IMG/VR virus record: IMGVR_UViG_3300007863_000017
Coordinates: 1 to 25,701 of that record
Source of the DNA: a virus
Lineage: Duplodnaviria; Caudoviricetes
Direction: 5' to 3' (one strand)
Length of the DNA: 25,701 bases
The notes below the pieces were generated by a model. The model was given only the letters and a program-made list of their open reading frames with translations. It had not been told where the DNA came from and did not search any database. The number at the start of each line of letters is the position of its first letter. Within the stretch, counting starts at the first letter, position 1. Both the position numbers and the translations under genes were made by a program. Shown here in pieces: positions 1 through 8,500 of this stretch.

Positions 1-1540
1 CCAATAGCAATGTTTTGACTTCCAGTTGCGTCTTTAAGGCTATAGTTACCGATACCTACCGAAAATTCACCTGTCTGAACATCTTCGCCAGACTGCACCC
101 CGATAAAAACATTATGCCCACCAGTCGTTAAAGTTTTTCCAGTTTCTGTGCCTAGCAGAATATTACTACCACCAGTCGTCAAGTTAAACCCAGTTTCAAA
201 ACCTCCGATGGCAATGTTGGAATAACCAGTGGTGTTGCTCTTGAGAGCATTACTCCCGAAAGCTACGTTCTGAGCGCCAGTGGTGTTGGCATTAAGAGCC
301 TTATATCCGAAAGCAGTATTACTACTTCCAGTGGAGTTATTTCTAAGGGCTTGGGTTCCGGTAGCTGTGTTATTAGACCCAGAGGTATTGCTCAGAAGAG
401 CTTGATACCCAACACCAACGTTATAGCTAGTGGTATTGGCGCGAAGAGCTTGCTCGCCAATAGCTACGTTATAGCCACCAGTAGAATTAAAGTAAAGAGT
501 GTCTACGCCGATGCCGATATTGCTTACACCAGCTGTATTGTCTGGCAGAGCTCCCTCGCCTATTGCTATATTTTTATTACCAGTAGTATTTGACCTAAGC
601 ACTCTATAACCAACCGCTACGTTATTAGAGCCAGTGGTGTTTGCTTTTAGAGCTTCATGACCAGAAGCTATGTTGTAATTGCCAGTGGTGTTGGCGTATA
701 GAGCTAGATATCCGGTAACTACGTTGCCATCACCAGTGGTATTGAAATAGAGAGCTTCGTATCCGGTAGCTACGTTGTGATTACCAGTGGTGTTTGATTG
801 AAGAGCTTGATAACCGGTAGCTACGTTGAGAAAGCCAGTGGTGTTAAGGACAAGAGCGCTATCACCAGTAGCTACGTTGCCATAACCAGTGGTATTAGCA
901 TTAAGAGCATTGTATCCAACAGCTACGTTGCCATAACCAGTGGTGTTTGAATTGAGAGCCTGGAATCCGTTAGCTGTGTTGTTAGAGCCAGTGGTGTTGG
1001 AAAGGAGAGTTCGATATCCGGTAGCTGTGTTGTAATCACCAGTGATATTGAAATAGAGAGCTTGGAATCCGTTAGCTGTGTTGTTAGAGCCAGTGGTATT
1101 AAGGACAAGAGCTGAATATCCATTAGCTGTGTTATAAGCACCAGTAGTGTTGGAATAGAGAGCTTGATATCCACTAGCTGTGTTATAAACACCAGTAGTG
1201 TTGGAATAGAGAGCCTGATGTCCGTTAGCTACGTTTCTATAACCTGTGGTGTTAGAAGTGAGAGCTTGAAATCCGGTAGATACGTTCTCATAACCGGTGG
1301 TGTTGGTGTATAAAGACTGATGTCCGACAGCTATGTTGTTAGAGCCAGTGTTGTCACGAAGACTGTTTTTTCCGATAGCTAAGTTGTAAGAGCCGGTGAT
1401 GTTACCACGGAGAGAATCAGTTCCAATAGCTATGTTGGCCAGTCCGGTGGTAATTGCAGTACCGGCGTTCGCACCGAAAGCAGTGTTATCAGAACCAGAT
1501 GTTTCAGAGTCGAGAGCGTTTGTGCCAACGCCTAAACTAT
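1..1540 (-). repeat. Coding tandem array, 51-bp/17-aa unit, consensus N(T/V)A(T/N/V)G(Y/F)xALxxNTTGxx, about 30 units
   Basis: Exact DNA copies offset by 51 nt (1139-1163 = 1190-1214; 870-893 = 921-944) and a near-exact copy offset by 102 nt (from 954 vs from 1056). Confidence 0.92.
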
Positions 1541-2036
1541 TTGTTCCGGAAGCGTTATTGGTAAGCCCAACAGCAGTCGCCCAGGTCAACACGCCGGAGC
1601 CATTAGTTTGCAAAAATTCTGACGAATTGCCATCAGTATTTGGCAACGTCAGCGTATAGTTTGCTCCAGCTGAATGCGGTGGCCCTTGAATCGTTATCCC
1701 ATGACTGTTAAGTTCGCAGTTAAGCTTGAACCTACCCGCACCGTTGCCACCACTACTAGAACTGCCTTTATAAACAACTGATCCCGTACCGTTTGGGTCA
1801 AAGGCAACATCACCATTACTAGCACTGGTAATAATTTGGCCATTGACATCCAACGGACCGCCTAGTTGCGGTGTTGTGTCATCAACAATGTCACCTCCAA
1901 CCTCAACAACAGCTCCGCCATCTGTTTTGGTAAATACGCCGCCGTCTGTAGTGTTAATCAGAAGTTCAGCTGTTTCTGAGAAATCACTAGCACTAGGGTT
2001 GCTAGTGCCTCTTTTCTGCCTAATTGTGTTTGCCAT
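1..2036 (-). CDS. Tail fibre/adhesin-like protein with 17-aa repeat array (3'-truncated by window edge, at least 678 aa)
   Basis: Not in the ORF track because no stop lies in the window. Manual translation from ATG at 2036: MANTIRQKRGTSNPSASDFSETAELLINTTDGGVFTK...DDTTPQLGGPLDVNG...YTLTLPNTDGNSSEFLQTNGSGVLTW, then repeats such as NTANGFQALYFNITGDY, ending ...SQNIAIG at base 1 in the same frame. It starts 3 nt after the stop of the 476-aa fibre gene. Confidence 0.9.
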   Translation of the reverse strand, partial: MANTIRQKRGTSNPSASDFSETAELLINTTDGGVFTKTDGGAVVEVGGDIVDDTTPQLGGPLDVNGQIITSASNGDVAFDPNGTGSVVYKGSSSSGGNGAGRFKLNCELNSHGITIQGPPHSAGANYTLTLPNTDGNSSEFLQTNGSGVLTWATAVGLTNNASGTNSLGVGTNALDSETSGSDNTAFGANAGTAITTGLANIAIGTDSLRGNITGSYNLAIGKNSLRDNTGSNNIAVGHQSLYTNTTGYENVSTGFQALTSNTTGYRNVANGHQALYSNTTGVYNTASGYQALYSNTTGAYNTANGYSALVLNTTGSNNTANGFQALYFNITGDYNTATGYRTLLSNTTGSNNTANGFQALNSNTTGYGNVAVGYNALNANTTGYGNVATGDSALVLNTTGFLNVATGYQALQSNTTGNHNVATGYEALYFNTTGDGNVVTGYLALYANTTGNYNIASGHEALKANTTGSNNVAVGYRVLRSNTTGNKNIAIGEGALPDNTAGVSNIGIGVDTLYFNSTGGYNVAIGEQALRANTTSYNVGVGYQALLSNTSGSNNTATGTQALRNNSTGSSNTAFGYKALNANTTGAQNVAFGSNALKSNTTGYSNIAIGGFETGFNLTTGGSNILLGTETGKTLTTGGHNVFIGVQSGEDVQTGEFSVGIGNYSLKDATGSQNIAI

Positions 2037-2039
2037 GAT

Positions 2040-3470
2040 CTAGAAGGTTCCTCCATCAAGTGCGAAGCCAGAAACGGCTCCGTTTTCTAAAAATGTCACA
2101 AGATTGTTTAAAGCAACTTGTACCATCGTTCCACCATCGTTAATGACCATTCTGTCGGCAACCGCCAACGTAGTTGAAGTTGCAGCCGTGCCACCATCAA
2201 TGATGTTTAGCTCAGCAGTTGTAACTGTTGCCCCATCAAGAATCTCAACCTCTGTAGAAGTAAGCGCGGCAAGAGCGGCTGACGCTCCAGATTGACAGCT
2301 AGAGAGATTTGTTAGATCAGCTGCAAGCGTCTGAGCCCCGATGCTGGTCCGAGCAGTTGCACCAGTCTCAAGAACAAAGTTGCTGCCATCGCCAACGATG
2401 AAACCGCCATTTGTTACCGCAAGGCCGGCAACATCAGCGAGCCCCTGGTCGAAAGCCTGAATATTTGTGCCGATGACCAACCCAAGAGCAGTTCGAGCGG
2501 CAGAGGCAGATGTTGCACCCGTTCCACCATCACCAACCGCAAGCGTTCCAGTAATTGAACTTGCGCCAAGATCGACAGCAAGTTTTGTTGACTCAATGAC
2601 AAGTCCACCATTAGCTTTACTGTCAACGCTGACTTCAGTGCCGCTTACCGTAATTCCTTGTCCGCCTGTAGGCGCACCAGCAGCAGCCGCAATTGTGATC
2701 CCACCGCTGCTATTTGTGACCGTAATGTTACTGCCACCTGTAATAGTTGCCTTACTTAAAGAACCACTAGAGTTCCCAATCAGCAGCTGACCATTACTAT
2801 ATGTCGCCTGACCTGTTCCACCTTTGGCTGTAGCGATCGTGGAAGCTGACCACGTTCCAGACGTTAAAATTCCGACCGACGTAAGACTTGACCCAGTGAC
2901 GCCACTGCCAAGAGTTGTGGAACTTAAAACGCTTGTACCATTGATGTAATAAGCCTTCCCACTCGCAAGATCGAGGTGCTCGCTTGATGTCCAACTATCT
3001 GTCGCATTAAGCCAACGAAATAACTTATCAGTTGCGCCTTTTAGGCTGATGCCACCTGCGTCAGCAGTTGAATCCGTTGGCGTGCTGACATTGCCAAGAG
3101 TAATGTTCTTGTCAGCAACATCAACTTGAGTTGAATTAACTGTTGTTGTTGTGCCTGAAACTGTCAGGTCACCACTAATAACCAAGTTGTTGCTAAAGGT
3201 TGTGTTGCCGCTAAGAGTGGCCCCACTAAGATCAACCGTTCCAGTAAACGTCTTATTGCCACTTAAGGTTTGGTTGCCGGTAAGCGTCGCAAACGCTCCA
3301 GAACCCGCAATCGAAACCACACTTGACGCGTTGCCCCCTCCGGCATCCCCGAAGCCATAGCTCAGAATATTGTCAACTTCTGAGTAGGCCAACTCACTTG
3401 GGGCCAAAGTGCTTGGCGCACCAGACGCGCCACCAGAGGCACGTTTTTTGATCCTGATGGTGTTGGTCAT
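2040..3470 (-). CDS. Tail fibre protein (476 aa)
   Basis: G/S/T/A-rich, with fibre shaft motifs (GNQTLSGNKTF, GDLTVSGTTTTVNS, GGTG, AARTALGL), N-terminal TIRIKKR...P..L...ELA domain and C-terminal LDGGTF. Confidence 0.8.
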   Translation of the reverse strand: MTNTIRIKKRASGGASGAPSTLAPSELAYSEVDNILSYGFGDAGGGNASSVVSIAGSGAFATLTGNQTLSGNKTFTGTVDLSGATLSGNTTFSNNLVISGDLTVSGTTTTVNSTQVDVADKNITLGNVSTPTDSTADAGGISLKGATDKLFRWLNATDSWTSSEHLDLASGKAYYINGTSVLSSTTLGSGVTGSSLTSVGILTSGTWSASTIATAKGGTGQATYSNGQLLIGNSSGSLSKATITGGSNITVTNSSGGITIAAAAGAPTGGQGITVSGTEVSVDSKANGGLVIESTKLAVDLGASSITGTLAVGDGGTGATSASAARTALGLVIGTNIQAFDQGLADVAGLAVTNGGFIVGDGSNFVLETGATARTSIGAQTLAADLTNLSSCQSGASAALAALTSTEVEILDGATVTTAELNIIDGGTAATSTTLAVADRMVINDGGTMVQVALNNLVTFLENGAVSGFALDGGTF

Positions 3471-3473
3471 GAC

Positions 3474-3686
3474 TTAAAAGTTGCCCCCTAGGACTACGGT
3501 TTCAATTGTCCAAGTGGCATCTGCTTTGTACTCCCCGGAAACCGAGTCGTAATAAACGATGCTTTTGTCCACTTTAGCCGAACCATCGATTGTCGCACCT
3601 CCTCCCGCCGGTCCTTGTGGGCCTTGAGGTCCAGCTGTTGTCGCTGTAACAACAGACGTTGAACCATTTACCGTGACCTTTGTCAT
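3474..3686 (-). CDS. Small collagen-triplet fibre adaptor (70 aa)
   Basis: GPQGPQGPAG triplets; ends VLGGNF; ATGA overlap with the upstream gene. Confidence 0.7.
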   Translation of the reverse strand: MTKVTVNGSTSVVTATTAGPQGPQGPAGGGATIDGSAKVDKSIVYYDSVSGEYKADATWTIETVVLGGNF

Positions 3687-4021
3687 TCCGTGTACCCCTG
3701 CGAAACAGTGACTTGGCCTTCCAAGTAGTAGTCCTTAAGGCCACCAGCACTTGTAATTAAAACGTCATAGTAAACAACGTCAGGCAGTGCAGCAGTTTGA
3801 ACGTCAGTTAACGAAACAGTCACCTCACCGTTTGTTCGGTTGGGATAAGCAACCGCAAAATCAGCGTATTTTTTACTCCGTTGTCTGTTCCAGGCTTGCG
3901 CTGCCACTGTCGAACCGGTCAGATTGATTGCTGCGTCGTCTCCGCCCTTTAGTTGCAAGACAAGTGAGTAGTCTGCTCGCCGCTGAAGCGTAAAATTATA
4001 CGTGCCGGGAGAGACAGACAT
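3683..4021 (-). CDS. Ig-like virion protein, probable fibre anchor (BppU-N/LtfC-like), 112 aa
   Basis: Beta-rich pattern INLTGST...NGEVTVSLT..QTAAL...YYDVLI...YYLEGQVTV typical of phage fibre-attachment beta-sandwich proteins; lies in the fibre cluster. Confidence 0.65.
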   Translation of the reverse strand: MSVSPGTYNFTLQRRADYSLVLQLKGGDDAAINLTGSTVAAQAWNRQRSKKYADFAVAYPNRTNGEVTVSLTDVQTAALPDVVYYDVLITSAGGLKDYYLEGQVTVSQGYTE

Positions 4022-4059
4022 CAGCGATCCTCGCTCAGACCATACTAGCTTCTTTTACC

Positions 4060-4371
4060 TTAGCGAACAGGCCACGGAACACCACCGGCTTTGCTTGGAG
4101 CGCGTTGCTCATCTAGTTGGATTTGCAAAGCGTTCTCTATTTCAGCCACCTTTTCCGCCGTCAACGCTTCCTTGATCCAACTAACAACTAGATCAGGAGT
4201 CAAACTTGCAAAAGGGATCAACTCCTCAGGACGCTCAAAAGGAACGTCTCCGTGTCCACCAGCAGAATAAGTCTCATCAGATGCGGAAACAGTCCAGCGA
4301 GCAAGATAAACAAATCCATCGCATGTCTCGCGCTCAAGATTTGAGACGGACCAGTTGATAATTGTTGTCAT
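4060..4371 (-). CDS. Conserved phage protein downstream of tail fibre (possible fibre assembly factor), 103 aa
   Basis: WSVSNLER...W.V...IPFASLT...V.SWIKEAL...GVPW pattern commonly found next to fibre genes; function inferred from position. Confidence 0.6.
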   Translation of the reverse strand: MTTIINWSVSNLERETCDGFVYLARWTVSASDETYSAGGHGDVPFERPEELIPFASLTPDLVVSWIKEALTAEKVAEIENALQIQLDEQRAPSKAGGVPWPVR

Positions 4372-4407
4372 ACAAGATTAAAACTTCAACGGAAGCATAG
4401 TCTTTCC

Positions 4408-5526
4408 TTAGGTCTTGATGCAAGCAAGCAAAGAGACGTTGCGAGGGCGTGACTCTGTTCCGCCGTCGCTGTTGACGCTGACTGAAGTAGACGTAGAAAC
4501 GCTGATTCCTGTATATGCCCCGAAAGTGGTTTGATTCGAGTTGTAAGGCTCGTTACTGCCGCCTCCGCCTCTACCTTTATCGCCGCTCCCTGCTCTCGCT
4601 GCGTTGAAACCATGACTATGGCCTGGGTCACTAACACTTGAGCTTGAACTGGCTGATGCGACGTGAGCGTGCGACAGATTTGCACTCCCTTGATTGCTGC
4701 CTAGTGTTCGACCACTGTCAACCGTGTGGCCATCACTCCAACCACGGATAAATTCACCGCGCAAATCAGGCACGTTGAACGTGGTAGCCCCGTCGCCTAC
4801 ACCAAACTGAGTCCCGATTGCTACAAACAACACTGAAAATGTTGACCGACTAATCGCAGCACCATTGGCTTTGATGTAACCAGTCGGAGCAGTAGATCTT
4901 GCCGAATAAATAACCGTTCCAGCAGGCGTCAAATCAGTCGCTGCCGGAATATTCCCAATTTGGGTGTCAACATAGGCCTTAGTGCTCGCCATGTTTCCCG
5001 TGCTTGGCGCGCCATTCAACGTCAGGTCGCCCGTCAGCGTTCCACCAGCCAGCGCCAAATATGTACTTGCAGCAGTAGTGATCTGCAAATACTTAACAGC
5101 TGCGGCAGTATCAGTAATCCCTAGAGGATCGACACGAACGAAAGCAGCACCGTCATAGACCTTTAACTCATCCGGCGTTTGAGATGTATCAAGCCATAGT
5201 TGGCCCAATGCTGGACTTGAAGGAGCAGTGCTGCTAGGGCTTGTAGCAACTGACGACCCAGGGAGAAAACTGACAACCGTAAAAGATGCGCCGTTGTAAA
5301 CCTTCAAGACCGGCGGGTTTGTAGTTGTATCAACCCAAAGCTGACCGTTATAAGGAGCTGATGGGACGTTAGTACCAACTGTCAAACCCAACTGGGTCAG
5401 TCTTAACGCCAAATTATTAGCAGTGATTTTGCGCGTCTCACTCGCGCTAATACTTGAAAACGGAACAATGTCCTGGCTTTCAACCGTCGTTGCGGCTGGT
5501 AACTGGGAAATGCGTGCGTCAGCCAT
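4408..5526 (-). CDS. Tail fibre protein with phage tail collar domain (372 aa)
   Basis: Collar signature PAGTVIY...APTGYIKANGAAISRSTFSVLF.AIGT.FG.GDGATTFNVPDLRGEFIRGW; His-containing tip (SHAH, GHSH); terminal ESRPRNVSLLACIK; TKAYVD shaft motif. Confidence 0.88.
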   Translation of the reverse strand: MADARISQLPAATTVESQDIVPFSSISASETRKITANNLALRLTQLGLTVGTNVPSAPYNGQLWVDTTTNPPVLKVYNGASFTVVSFLPGSSVATSPSSTAPSSPALGQLWLDTSQTPDELKVYDGAAFVRVDPLGITDTAAAVKYLQITTAASTYLALAGGTLTGDLTLNGAPSTGNMASTKAYVDTQIGNIPAATDLTPAGTVIYSARSTAPTGYIKANGAAISRSTFSVLFVAIGTQFGVGDGATTFNVPDLRGEFIRGWSDGHTVDSGRTLGSNQGSANLSHAHVASASSSSSVSDPGHSHGFNAARAGSGDKGRGGGGSNEPYNSNQTTFGAYTGISVSTSTSVSVNSDGGTESRPRNVSLLACIKT

Positions 5527-8500
5527 TAGTAACCAATTACTGTGATGTCAACAAGGCCAGTGACCCCGGCCCCGCTGGAGTCCAGACACTTAATAGTAAC
5601 CGAGCTGGTGGTTTTAGCCGTAACGACAGCAGAGACCGCAGTTGAACCGCCTGTTTGAAGAGCTGCAATCGAAACGCTTGAAACTGCTCGGAATGTTTTG
5701 GTCAAGGCAATGACAGTCCCAAGGGCCGAAATTGACACGTCATTTTGCTTCTCAATTACGTCGGGATAGTCAAGCTGAGCCGTCAATGCACTGATATTGC
5801 CAGCAGTGGTTCCACCATCAGGGCTTTTAAAACGAGTCTCAACCCGATACACATCACCAAGCAACTTTTCAAACGGAGCGTAAGGATGAACAATGCCACC
5901 ATTTGCCAGCTCTGTTGGGTTGTAATATCGCTGCTCGCCTAATAGTTTAAATCCGCGAGCTGCATACGTTCCAGATGCTGACCCACTCAACGTAATTGCA
6001 GTGCCTCCCTGGCTAGAAGCAACTCGGAAGGTTGTAAGCGTCAAGTCAGTAGAAACAACGTGATAAACAGTGCTTGCTGATATGCCTGTTGGCAACGAAC
6101 CAGAAACAGCAACAAATTCCACGGTGTCGTCAAGCTTTAAATCATGATTGATAGTGGCCCCGTTCTTTTGAATTGAGAAGTTATTGTTTGCGACATCTAT
6201 AACAAGAGGTTTATCTTCTAAAAGAACGTTAAAGTCGTCTTCTTGTGCTATCTCAGTCGCCTCGCCGGTTAAAGCCACCAGTGAGTGTGAATAAGTTGCC
6301 GTTGATGTAGTGGAAAACAACAATGCGCTTGAAGCGTTATTGTTGTCAAAATTCCAAGCAAAATAGCTGTCAAGTGTTGCGTCTGTTTGAACAAGATTTC
6401 CGCCAACAACAGAACAGTTGTCATACGTTCCAGGCCACGTACTTGAAGGCAGGCTTGCGTCAAATGTTTGGACTGCATTGCTAACCGGAGGGGCGCCAAT
6501 GTTCACCAACACGTACGCCGGAACATCCGCACGCCATTGCGTTGCATCAACAGATTTAACCATCACCACAGAACTGCCAGTGTCAAACAAGCTGGTTTCA
6601 AACCACTGCTGTTGGGCAGGCAAGCCACCAGAGGCAAGCTCAAGTCCAGCGCCCCAAGAAGCGGTAATATCTAGTCGAGTTTTCAAGTCTGTCGGGCCTG
6701 AAACGTTATACGTTCCAGTAGCAGTGCCCGTAAAGTTAATAGCAGTGCCACCGCTTGTTGCGCTAACTTTAAACGCTGTACTTGTTAACCCATCGGTTGC
6801 CACGTAATAAGTTGTTCCATCAACAATCCCAGTTGGCAAAGTACCAGATGACGCCGCAAACGCAATCGCATCACCAGCATTCAGCAAATGCTGGTTGACT
6901 CGCGTGCCAATCACTGTTGCAGTTTGAACAGTGACAAGATCGGTCGCAACGTCAAAATTAATAACATTTGTCGCCAATAATCCCTTTTTGAATCTGACTT
7001 CATAGCTCACCACATCAGCAACAATGTTTTGGTCCCAGCTCCCGTATTCAGTGATAGGCAGTTGCCAACTAAAACGCTTTCCGCTGCTGTCTTGATTTTC
7101 AACAACACTAAAATTGCTAGGCGTTGGTGGAGCAATCTCATCACGCGCCACAACGTCATAAATGTAATCAGTCGGCTCTTCACCAAAAATTGCACTTGTA
7201 AAATTAACGCGAACGTCATAAGTATCTGGAGCGTGAAATGCAATACTGTAATAGCCCGTTAACGGAATGTCGGTTAAGAAGTACCATCCATCATCATTTG
7301 GCGGCTTAACTCCAGGGATTTCGCCTGACGAAAGAATGCGAGGCTTAACCCAACACCTAAAACCATTGATACGAGGCAGTATCGGACACGTTCCAGAATC
7401 GACAATTACCAGCTGAGTGCCGTCTGGCTGGTTGGCGTGTGTAACAGTTGCACCAAAGCCAGCATTGCTCAAGTCTGGGATGGCAGGAAAAGCATTAACC
7501 TCGTAAACAACCCAATCAGACTGATTACCTAGACGGTTTATTGCAGAGACTCGGGCTTGATAAGTGTTGCCAAAAGTATGAGCTGAAAGTGGAATTTCAA
7601 CAGTTGTAGCCTGTACTTGGGCAAGATCTGACCACTCTGTGTCGTTGGCTTTTCTCCATTGATAGCGATACCCCCGCACCAACAAGTCAACTGAATTGTT
7701 TACTTGGGGAGCACGCCACGAAAACTGAATTGATGTCTGACCGTTTGAATACTGAAGGACACCTGCGACATTTGTAGGCACACCTACAGGCTGAACAGTA
7801 AAGCGATCTTTTGGTATTGCAACTGGCAAATCGTTGTCAACATAGCCATACTTGCTGCTGTTGTATTGGATAGCTTCGACTTGATAAATCAAAGACTCAA
7901 CTTCTGAAATTGAGATAATGCGATACGTTGCTGCTTTCATTGATGTCCACTCAAGAACCCATAAAGCACCGTTTTGCGTTGCTACCGCTGAATCGACTTC
8001 AACGACAGTCGTAGACTCGCCAACAGTAGAGCCGACAACATTTAATACCTTTATCTCTGGATTTACCTTGATTGAGTTGTCGGGATTTGTAACCGTATCC
8101 CCTCCAGGAATCACAACAGTTAGCGTGTAAGCCGTTCCACTAACCAATGTCAAAACTGCGTCAACGGTAATAAAGTTGCCGCTAACAGCTACAATTCGAC
8201 CGCCTAAACGCTGGCCTTGCTTCAAAGGATCACTGATTTTAATAATCTCGCCAACGCCAGCAGCAATACCTTCCGCTCCAATACGGAAACTAACCTTTTC
8301 GGTTTCATATCGATCACTGAAAAGCGTATGCTTAGCCGCTCTTAAAGCTTGACCACGAGATGTGACGCCAATCAATCGAAGATCAACAGGGTTATACCCA
8401 AACTTGTCTAACAGCTCATCATCTTGCTGGTACTCTGTGACGCTTGAATAGACCTGCGTTGGATCATCCCAGTTCGCTAAAACCACGGTCTTACGTGCTG

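Noticed and set aside
200-1320. CRISPR-like periodic repeats
   Set aside because: The 51-nt period is a multiple of three, the units are degenerate without unique spacers, they lie in one open frame, and no cas genes are present.
351-2043. Tracked ORFs 351-593(+), 923-1192(-), 1396-1659(+), 1843-2043(+)
   Set aside because: Antisense or alternate-frame shadows of the long repeat fibre gene 1..2036.
1-5526. Diversity-generating retroelement acting on fibre genes
   Set aside because: No reverse transcriptase in the window and no template/variable repeat pair differing only at adenines; the truncated gene's C-terminus cannot be assessed.
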